From positions 1 to 34,491 of the IMG/VR virus record IMGVR_UViG_3300012348_000076: 34,491 nucleotides of DNA; one strand, 5' to 3'. Below the pieces are notes generated by a model that made no database searches, was not told the DNA's origin, and saw only the letters and a program-made list of their open reading frames with translations. The position numbers and the translations under genes are program-made. Source of the DNA: a virus (taxonomy: Duplodnaviria; Caudoviricetes). Below, one piece after another: positions 1 to 6,661 of the stretch (its first letter is position 1; each line of letters begins with the position of its first letter).

Positions 1-147
1 GTGTAGCTTATCTAAAGTAAATTAAAGTAAGTTTATAATTATAGAGTAGTAGTATTATAAATACCACACTATTGCTAATACACCTTGGTGAACACCTTAG
101 TCACCTCAGTTGAAACTTTAAAGTCATCCAGTATAACTTCATAGAGA

Positions 148-175
148 ATTATACAGTCCTTTTTTGATTTGTCAA
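148..175 (-). promoter_or_regulatory. Consensus sigma70 promoter firing leftwards out of the window, probably driving the terminase/portal operon
   Basis: Minus strand reads TTGACA (175-170), 16-nt spacer, TATAAT (153-148). Confidence 0.75.
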
Positions 176-425
176 GCCCTTTCTGTATTTATTTGTATCT
201 TTTTTGTCTACTATCTTTATAGACCTCTTGTGGACACTTTAGAGACTTCAAGAGACTCTATGAAGTAGCTCTTGTGCACAGATTAGCCTACCTTTTATGT
301 CTCTTTTTCACAACAGTCTCATATCAGCCATAACTTCTTTGATTTTATTAGACTTTTTAGTAATCATTACCTTTTTCTCTTATGCTCTTTTTTGTGTACT
401 TAGGAGGCTCCCACAAAAGTAATCA

Positions 426-447
426 CCCAAGCCCACCCCTCCCCCCC
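426..447 (-). other. G-tract cluster with G-quadruplex-type pattern in the non-coding end region
   Basis: Minus strand GGGGGGG-A-GGGG-T-GGG-CTT-GGG in an otherwise AT-rich region. Confidence 0.6.
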
Positions 448-505
448 TATCAAGTAACACTAATGACTCATTGGTCAGTAAAGTGTATACAATCTTAGTA
501 GACAA

Positions 506-541
506 GCTTACAATACTTACAAAGCTTACAAGTCTTACAGA
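506..541 (+). repeat. Four imperfect 9-bp tandem repeats (nCTTACAnn)
   Basis: CTTACA at 507, 516, 525 and 534, exact 9-bp period. Confidence 0.85.
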
Positions 542-766
542 GACCAAGTGTGTGAGGCTATGTAGCACCTATAAAGTACTACTTAGACACACAAAAGTTC
601 TAAGTATAAACCCTAACTGGCATGGAATTAGAGACAAGCAAAGACTATGCCAGCTTAGAAGGCCAGTTCAAGGGATGCAGAGTATTAGTTTTCAAGGGTA
701 TTTGCTTACAAAGTAATACTAGAGTACTAAGGGTTATCCCTATTAGGGTTTTGGAGGGGTCTTATA

Positions 767-779
767 AATCAAGGACTTA
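767..779 (+). promoter_or_regulatory. IHF-binding consensus site
   Basis: AATCAAGGACTTA matches WATCAANNNNTTR; second match AATCAACTTGTTA at 1383-1395. Confidence 0.5.
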
Positions 780-865
780 CGAGAACTGGCACGGATTGTT
801 CCTGCTATATATATGAGTGCACCGAAAAAGTGTAACCTTGTAAACCTAAACCTTAAAGGACAATC

Positions 866-1060
866 ATGACAAACCTATCAGCCATTCAAGATCATATCGA
901 AGCCTCAGCGCCTTGCAGTCTGTTCAGCGTAGGGGTATGGGTAGAAGATCAATTAAACGTCACCACAGTCGAATTAATGGGCATCCTGAACACTTTAGCT
1001 AAGGCAGGGACAATCGAACTGTCTAGCGATGATTCAGGCATCACAATCGATTTAATCTAA
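866..1060 (+). CDS. Early hypothetical protein, possibly winged-helix-like (64 aa)
   Basis: AAGGA RBS upstream; first ORF of the early arm. Confidence 0.7.
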   Translation: MTNLSAIQDHIEASAPCSLFSVGVWVEDQLNVTTVELMGILNTLAKAGTIELSSDDSGITIDLI

Positions 1061-1074
1061 TCAAGGGGAACACC

Positions 1075-1152
1075 ATGCAAAACTCTATCGTTCAATCTGT
1101 TCTATACTGTCTCTATGCCATCGCTATCTTGGTAGTGTGGCTCACTCTGTAA
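1075..1152 (+). CDS. Small hydrophobic peptide (25 aa, MQNSIVQSVLYCLYAIAILVVWLTL)
   Basis: Read manually; AAGGGGA RBS; single hydrophobic segment. Confidence 0.5.
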   Translation: MQNSIVQSVLYCLYAIAILVVWLTL

Positions 1153-1177
1153 TCTTAACCCTTGGAGAATCTCTATC

Positions 1178-1318
1178 ATGAAAACACCACCTAAGCATCA
1201 CACTCATTGGACTGTCTTATACGCTAGCGGCTTCAAGCGTTATTTTAAGAGTGAAGAAGAAGCACGTCATGAGGCGGTTATGTACGGCATTGGACTAACT
1301 GCGCCGATATATCGTTAA
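1178..1318 (+). CDS. Early hypothetical protein (46 aa, MKTPPKHHTHWTVLYASG...)
   Basis: Read manually; GGAG RBS; fills the gap. Confidence 0.55.
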   Translation: MKTPPKHHTHWTVLYASGFKRYFKSEEEARHEAVMYGIGLTAPIYR

Positions 1319-1333
1319 TGCTCTACAATCTAG

Positions 1334-1377
1334 CCTGTAGAGGCTCTCAACGGGGCTTCTATGGGGTACATTGTACC
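1334..1377 (+). promoter_or_regulatory. Intergenic RNA hairpin pair, possible RNase III processing site
   Basis: 14-bp stem 1334-1347/1352-1365 (with G-U pairs, loop CAAC), then GGTAC-ATT-GTACC; no U tail. Confidence 0.45.
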
Positions 1378-1411
1378 GATTCAATCAACTTGTTAAGGAT
1401 TAACACACATC

Positions 1412-1741
1412 ATGAAACAATCAATCAACTTCTCCGACTTCATTGACGCATTCAAACGCTTTGACCGTTATGACGGCTATGGCTACGAAGCCCTCAAAGT
1501 CATATTCGAGTATCTAGAAGAATACGAAGAACAGACAGGCTCAGAGATTGAACTCGACGTAATCGCTATCTGCTGTGACTATAGCGCAGAGCATTACACC
1601 GCTATTGCCTCCAACTACTCCATTGACTTAGATGGCCTAGACGATGATGAAGCTAAACAGGCCGTTATTGAGTACATCCAAGACAATAGCGCCTACCTAG
1701 GCGAAGCCACTGATGGCGAGTTAGTCTATCAAGTCTTCTGA
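1412..1741 (+). CDS. Highly acidic early protein (109 aa), candidate DNA mimic
   Basis: About 26 D/E versus 6 K/R by manual count; AAGGA RBS. Confidence 0.8.
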   Translation: MKQSINFSDFIDAFKRFDRYDGYGYEALKVIFEYLEEYEEQTGSEIELDVIAICCDYSAEHYTAIASNYSIDLDGLDDDEAKQAVIEYIQDNSAYLGEATDGELVYQVF

Positions 1742-1751
1742 GGGGTCAATC

Positions 1752-1943
1752 ATGCAACATACAGTGCGATATTTTGTCAATTCATACAATGAAGGCGACA
1801 CGGGAGAAGATACAGACATTCTCACGGAGGTGTCAGAGCGTGAGTTTATGGACGCAGAGGGTGAAATCACCTATGAACGCCACACCATGAGCGAGAATGG
1901 TGTTTCTCAAATCTGTCTATCGAAAGGGCTAGATGTATGCTAA
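1752..1943 (+). CDS. Acidic hypothetical protein (63 aa)
   Basis: GAGGGG RBS; tight packing. Confidence 0.7.
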   Translation: MQHTVRYFVNSYNEGDTGEDTDILTEVSEREFMDAEGEITYERHTMSENGVSQICLSKGLDVC

Positions 1944-2113
1944 ACAATCCAAACGATATGATCGACTACGCTAAAGCCTACGCACACGGGGTTTTAGATG
2001 GTTATAACAGCGGCACAGAGGATAACAGCTATACAGAATCAAATCTGCGTAGTGCATACTCTCATGGCTATGAATATGGGGTGTTTCTTTACTGTGAGGA
2101 ATTGGAGGCTTAA
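1937..2113 (+). CDS. Hypothetical protein (58 aa, MLNNPNDMIDYAKAYAHG...)
   Basis: Read manually; YxxG motifs typical of small phage proteins; fills the gap between neighbours. Confidence 0.65.
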   Translation: MLNNPNDMIDYAKAYAHGVLDGYNSGTEDNSYTESNLRSAYSHGYEYGVFLYCEELEA

Positions 2114-2115
2114 AC

Positions 2116-2367
2116 ATGCTAAACAATAATGATTTTATCGCCCTTGAAAGGCGATTATGGCGCGAAGGCAATCCATTATGTGATGAACTTGTCAGCACTA
2201 GGGATGAACTGCTACATTTATTGTCTGTATCTAAGAAGATACTACAAAAGTACTCACCAGTAATCAATGAATTGTCATCTGTGGATGATCTCGAATTCTT
2301 TAGAGAATGGGATAACTTTGGTGACACTTTGGACAATATCAGCTATGACTTGGGGATTGAACAATGA
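2116..2367 (+). CDS. Hypothetical protein (83 aa)
   Basis: GGAGG RBS; overlaps the next gene by ATGA. Confidence 0.75.
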   Translation: MLNNNDFIALERRLWREGNPLCDELVSTRDELLHLLSVSKKILQKYSPVINELSSVDDLEFFREWDNFGDTLDNISYDLGIEQ

Positions 2368-2606
2368 CAATGAAGACTTACAATGTCTACGTTGAAGACA
2401 CTAACGGCAATTATCATAGCGATTACACCATAGAGGCAGAATCTGAGGCTATGGCGTACGATCTAGCCTATGAGAGACACAATTTCGCACCTATGACCAT
2501 CTATGTCGATCTAGACACGGATTCGACATTACTGCAAGATGCCTTTTTCGATGGGAAACACCCATTAGAGGCTTTTCCTACAATTTTCGGAGGTAACACA
2601 AAATGA
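2364..2606 (+). CDS. Hypothetical protein (80 aa)
   Basis: ATGA coupling on both sides. Confidence 0.7.
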   Translation: MTMKTYNVYVEDTNGNYHSDYTIEAESEAMAYDLAYERHNFAPMTIYVDLDTDSTLLQDAFFDGKHPLEAFPTIFGGNTK

Positions 2607-2767
2607 CAGTCGGACAATTAATTGAACAATTATCCCTTTATGCCCATGAAAGCGACAATGTTTTTATTTGGGTAGATGGTAATCGCTACGAAATAGCCAA
2701 TATTGACGATATGGGCGAGGGAATTATTGACATAACCGCTAAAATTGACAATGAGGTTACAGAATGA
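2603..2767 (+). CDS. Hypothetical protein (54 aa, MTVGQLIEQLS...)
   Basis: Read manually; GGAGG RBS; MTVxxLIExL N-terminus common in phage proteins. Confidence 0.65.
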   Translation: MTVGQLIEQLSLYAHESDNVFIWVDGNRYEIANIDDMGEGIIDITAKIDNEVTE

Positions 2768-2819
2768 CATTCGTATTTGTGTGCTATTGTATCGACTACA
2801 TCATTGCGGAGGATTTGTG

Positions 2820-2957
2820 GTGAATAAACAACAACCCTATTGGCCTTTCCCATCTGAAGTGCCACCTAAGCCTTGGACACCTGAGGAACAGAGAGACTAT
2901 GATCAACAGCAAAGGGCTAAAGTGCCTGATGCACCTATGGTGTCAAAATGCCTCTAG
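2820..2957 (+). CDS. Pro-rich hypothetical protein (GTG start, ...YWPFPSEVPPKPWT...)
   Basis: GGAGGA RBS upstream of GTG; 3' part of track ORF 2745..2957. Confidence 0.5.
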   Translation: MNKQQPYWPFPSEVPPKPWTPEEQRDYDQQQRAKVPDAPMVSKCL

Positions 2958-3037
2958 GATCGATTAAAACCATGCTAGAAGGCTCTCAAAGCCTCTGGAC
3001 TAACTCCGCAACACCTTAACCACCTGAAAGGCTATAA

Positions 3038-3295
3038 ATGCACTGCGTTAACTGCGACCGTCTGCTATCTGATTTTGAAGCGACACGAAAACACGCTATT
3101 ACATTTCAGTTCTTAGACTTATGTAAAGTTTGTTTCGAGGATGTGAAGACAATCATACCCACCATTGACAATCGATCATTGATGACTGAGCAAGACTTAG
3201 ACACCGATGATGACGATACGGACACAGGGGATTCCCTAGAAGACATTGAGACACTATATAGCTATGTAGTAGACTCTAGAGACTTAGATGATTAA
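3038..3295 (+). CDS. Zn-finger protein (CxxC...CxxC) with acidic tail
   Basis: MHCVNCD...DLCKVCF; AAGG RBS. Confidence 0.75.
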   Translation: MHCVNCDRLLSDFEATRKHAITFQFLDLCKVCFEDVKTIIPTIDNRSLMTEQDLDTDDDDTDTGDSLEDIETLYSYVVDSRDLDD

Positions 3296-3364
3296 AAGAA
3301 TCATAGAAGTAAATACACTATTTATATACTACTTAAGAAGAATACTAAGTAGTCTTAAAAGACT
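3288..3364. repeat. AT-rich cluster of four consecutive inverted repeats (candidate replication origin)
   Basis: ATGATT/AATCAT, TAAATA/TATTTA, CTACTTA/TAAGTAG, AGTCTT/AAGACT. Confidence 0.55.
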
Positions 3365-3377
3365 TAAAGGGGGAATC

Positions 3378-3539
3378 ATGGAAGAAATTGTAACTCAACA
3401 CGAAGATGATTATGTCTTGTTACAAAAAGAAGCACATTACGTACACACCATTAATGCTTTTGTGGAATTGATTGTTGAATACGGATGGGATAGAGTCATA
3501 GGGGATTTAAGAACAACAATGGGGGAACGACAATGGTAA
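3378..3539 (+). CDS. Hypothetical protein (53 aa, MEEIVTQHEDD...)
   Basis: AAGGGGGA RBS supports the start at 3378 rather than 3288. Confidence 0.65.
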   Translation: MEEIVTQHEDDYVLLQKEAHYVHTINAFVELIVEYGWDRVIGDLRTTMGERQW

Positions 3540-3606
3540 TCTCTTTGTTTGTTTTTGTCTTAACTTTAATCAAAGTGTCACTTAAGTGACAATAAGGGGA
3601 ATCAAA

Positions 3607-3816
3607 ATGAGTGGAACTGCAACATTAACCTATGACTTGTCTAAACCTGAGCAGGTCATGGCTCATAAGTACGCATTGAAGGGCTTAGAAGCCTGTCAGA
3701 TGCTAGAGTCTCTAAAAGCAGCTACGGCTGGCTACCAAGCCTATAAAGGCCTCTCTGAGAGCGTTCTAGCGGACATTATCGCTGACTTGTCTAAGTGGGA
3801 GGACGTTAAGCTATGA
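3607..3816 (+). CDS. Hypothetical protein (69 aa, MSGTATLTYDL...)
   Basis: AAGGGGA RBS before the ATG at 3607. Confidence 0.7.
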   Translation: MSGTATLTYDLSKPEQVMAHKYALKGLEACQMLESLKAATAGYQAYKGLSESVLADIIADLSKWEDVKL

Positions 3817-3868
3817 GCGTACTAAATTACATTCTCAATCTCTTGTTACCAAGACGGGAACATAAGCC

Positions 3869-4033
3869 ATGATCATGAAAACAGTACTAGCACCCAATGC
3901 ACCGTGGCCTAAGTGGGTAGAACCACCTGCTAAGGCAGTCAAGCGAACGAAACGAGCGAAGCCTAGCGAAGTAGACGCTAAGTTTGAACAATGGTTAAAG
4001 GAGAACACAGATGGTATTACTAGACGGCGATAG
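3869..4033 (+). CDS. Basic, Pro-rich hypothetical protein (54 aa, ...LAPNAPWPKW...)
   Basis: Read manually; fills the gap on the coding strand. Confidence 0.5.
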   Translation: MIMKTVLAPNAPWPKWVEPPAKAVKRTKRAKPSEVDAKFEQWLKENTDGITRRR

Positions 4034-4301
4034 CGAGCATACGGGTGAGCCTGTTGGCTTTTATGATGCAAGAGGCAACGACATTTGCATTGAAATTCCA
4101 ATCGGTGAAAGCGCAGATTGGTGGCAACCCGTTTACACCACACCACAACAATCTTCCACTATCGTTCGTACATGGGTTGAGCTGACAAGCGAAGACTACA
4201 ACGAAATTTTTAATAAAGCTCGAACTGGCGAACACGCTGTTCAATTAGCAGCAGCCAAACTCAAGCAAAAGAACGGCTTTGCCGAGGAGAAGAACACATG
4301 A
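4011..4301 (+). CDS. Hypothetical protein (96 aa)
   Basis: AAGGAG RBS; WVELT...IEAKLKEKN-like C-terminus seen in many phage accessory proteins. Confidence 0.7.
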   Translation: MVLLDGDSEHTGEPVGFYDARGNDICIEIPIGESADWWQPVYTTPQQSSTIVRTWVELTSEDYNEIFNKARTGEHAVQLAAAKLKQKNGFAEEKNT

Positions 4302-4573
4302 GCACACACGGCGATGGAGGTAAAGGTAGTGCGAGGCGTAAGGAAGACGCACAAGCAGTTCGAGATAACTGGGATCGCATCTTTGGAAAGAAGGAGCCTA
4401 TGATTGATGAAGACGATATTGACAATGACAAGCGTGATCACGATGAGGAAGACGATAGTGAGTGGTGCTGTGATCGGTGTGGTGGCCCGATGTACAGACA
4501 ATCTCATTGGGGTTATGCACGATGTGACGATTGCGGTGCGAGACAGGAGCTAATCAATGATGACTACACTTAA
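4298..4573 (+). CDS. Hypothetical protein with C-terminal Zn ribbon (91 aa)
   Basis: GKGS..R...NWDRIF N-terminal motif; CDRC...CDDC; GAGGAG RBS. Confidence 0.7.
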   Translation: MSTHGDGGKGSARRKEDAQAVRDNWDRIFGKKEPMIDEDDIDNDKRDHDEEDDSEWCCDRCGGPMYRQSHWGYARCDDCGARQELINDDYT

Positions 4574-6173
4574 AGTAGCTTCTAAGTTCCTGCGTCATAC
4601 CTCTTGTGAGCATTGTGGCAGCTCAGATGGCTCGTCTGTCTACGATGATGGACACCAATACTGCCATGTCTGTCATGAGTACACACGAGGCGATGATGAA
4701 ACTGTAGGTACTTCTCAACAAGTACAGACAAAAACTAAGGTATTTACAATGAAGACACAAGGGGAAGTGAAGGCCATAGTGGACAGGGGTATCTCAAAGG
4801 ATACATGTGAGTTCTTCGGTGTCACACAGGAGACAGGGAAGCACTACTATCCTTATTTCGATGAAACAGGCGCTAAAGTAGCGGAGAAGATCCGATCTGT
4901 AGAGAACAAGACATTCTCCATTGCAGGGAATTTCAACAAAGCTACCTTGTTTGGACAGTCTCTGTTTCAGAAAGAGGGTAAGTACATCACCATCGTTGAA
5001 GGTGAACTAGACGCATTGGCTTCGTATCAGATGACAGGCAGCAAGTGGCCTACTGTGAGCATCCGTAATGGGGCTTCAGCGGCTGTTAAAGACTGCAAGG
5101 CTCAGTATGAGTACCTAGATAGCTTCGAGACTATCGTGATCTGTTTTGACGCTGATGAGGTGGGACAGAAGGCGGCTAAGGATGTAGCTGAACTCTTTGG
5201 GAACAAGGTTAAAATAGTTAAACATTTAAAGGAGTGCAAAGATGCCTGTGATTACCTCTCTAACGGACGAGGAGCTGAATACGTTAACCAATGGTGGAGA
5301 GCTGAGAGTTATGTACCCGATGGGATCATCCAAGCCTCAACACTTTGGGACAGCGTATCTGCACCTGAGCCAGTCGCTGAAGCCTTCTATCCGTTCAAAG
5401 GCCTTAACGAACTTCTATATGGTCTACGAAGCTCTGAACTTATTACAGTTACAGCTGGATCAGGCCTTGGAAAGAGTCAGTTCCTTAGAGAAATCTTGTA
5501 TCAGATACTCAGAACAACCAAGTGGAACATCGGCGGTATGTTTCTGGAGGAGTCAGTGCGAAAGACTGCCCGATCAATTATGTCACTGCAAGCAAACAAA
5601 AAGCTGCACCTACCCGATACCCAAGTCACAGAACGAGAATTGAAGGAGGCATTCGATGCTACTCTGGGCACTAATCGTGTGTTCCTCTTTGATCATTTCG
5701 GCTCCCTTGCTATTGACAACGTGCTTAACCGCATACGATACATGTCCAAGGCTTGTGATTGCCGTGTTGTTTTCTTGGATCACATCTCTCTCGTTGTCTC
5801 TGGTATGGATGGGAATGATGAGCGCAAGAGCATTGATGTCTTGATGACTCGTCTGCGTACACTGGTGCAGGAGACAGGTATTACCTTGATCTGCGTATCG
5901 CACCTGAAGCGACCTAGCACATCGAACAAAGGACATGAGGACGGTGAAGCTGTCTCGTTGTCTCAGCTGCGAGGCTCAGGTGCTATCGCTCAGTTGTCCG
6001 ATGCTGTGATTACCCTTGAGCGTAACTCCATGAGCACTGATCCTAACGTGAGGCACACGACCAAGGTAGCAGTGGCTAAGAATCGCTACAATGGACTCAC
6101 AGGCCCTGCGTGTGCATTGAAGTACGATATGGATACAGGACGCATGATTGAAACCGTGATGGAGGAACTTTGA
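4557..6173 (+). CDS. T7 gp4-like DNA primase/helicase
   Basis: N-terminal Zn motif (CEHC...CHVC), TOPRIM (EGELDA, CFDAD), Walker A (AGSGLGKS), DnaB-type motifs (VFLDHI, VSHL, LRGSGAIAQLSD, KNR). Confidence 0.97.
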   Translation: MMTTLKVASKFLRHTSCEHCGSSDGSSVYDDGHQYCHVCHEYTRGDDETVGTSQQVQTKTKVFTMKTQGEVKAIVDRGISKDTCEFFGVTQETGKHYYPYFDETGAKVAEKIRSVENKTFSIAGNFNKATLFGQSLFQKEGKYITIVEGELDALASYQMTGSKWPTVSIRNGASAAVKDCKAQYEYLDSFETIVICFDADEVGQKAAKDVAELFGNKVKIVKHLKECKDACDYLSNGRGAEYVNQWWRAESYVPDGIIQASTLWDSVSAPEPVAEAFYPFKGLNELLYGLRSSELITVTAGSGLGKSQFLREILYQILRTTKWNIGGMFLEESVRKTARSIMSLQANKKLHLPDTQVTERELKEAFDATLGTNRVFLFDHFGSLAIDNVLNRIRYMSKACDCRVVFLDHISLVVSGMDGNDERKSIDVLMTRLRTLVQETGITLICVSHLKRPSTSNKGHEDGEAVSLSQLRGSGAIAQLSDAVITLERNSMSTDPNVRHTTKVAVAKNRYNGLTGPACALKYDMDTGRMIETVMEEL

Positions 6174-6319
6174 TGATTGAGATGATTATCGTAGGTACTA
6201 TCGGTATCGGCTACTCCGTTGTAGGTGTGCTACAGTGGCTTAAGGGTGACATGGGTGCTGGTATCATGTGGATCGGTTACTCATTCGCTCAAATCGGACT
6301 ATTTATAAATTTGAAATAA
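6173..6319 (+). CDS. Small membrane protein (48 aa, about 2 hydrophobic segments)
   Basis: Read manually: MIEMIIVGTIGIGYSVVGVLQW...; TGATG coupling; GGAGG RBS. Confidence 0.65.
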   Translation: MIEMIIVGTIGIGYSVVGVLQWLKGDMGAGIMWIGYSFAQIGLFINLK

Positions 6320-6331
6320 AGGAAATTAAAA

Positions 6332-6661
6332 ATGAACACAATTACAATTACCGTTGCTGGTGAAGAACTTGAAAACTTAAATGTAGAACTGACTAGCGAA
6401 GAGGTGTCAGCTCTCTATAAACTCCGTAAAGACAATTCTGTGAAAATTGCAGAGCTGGAGAAAAAACTCAAAGACCAAGAGAGCAATTTGAAGTATGCAC
6501 AAGAAGGTCGCACTGTCGCTGAAGGCGAACTTTCTCAAGCCAACACCTTATTGACTGCATTAGGCGTTGCTGAAAAGACTTTAGAAGAGGAGGCATACTA
6601 TCGTAAACCATTGACAGTAACCACCCGTATTGCTCTCTACATTGCACAAGTAAAAGAATAA
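6332..6661 (+). CDS. Coiled-coil hypothetical protein (109 aa)
   Basis: AAGGA RBS; heptad-like K/E-rich core; TAATG coupling to the polymerase. Confidence 0.75.
   Translation: MNTITITVAGEELENLNVELTSEEVSALYKLRKDNSVKIAELEKKLKDQESNLKYAQEGRTVAEGELSQANTLLTALGVAEKTLEEEAYYRKPLTVTTRIALYIAQVKE

Noticed and set aside
506-541. Possible mini CRISPR array
   Set aside because: 9-bp units with no spacers; no 25-45 bp repeats and no cas genes
380-816. Track ORFs 380..568(-), 471..716(+), 622..816(+)
   Set aside because: No convincing RBS, low-complexity translations of repeat-rich DNA; better explained as a control region
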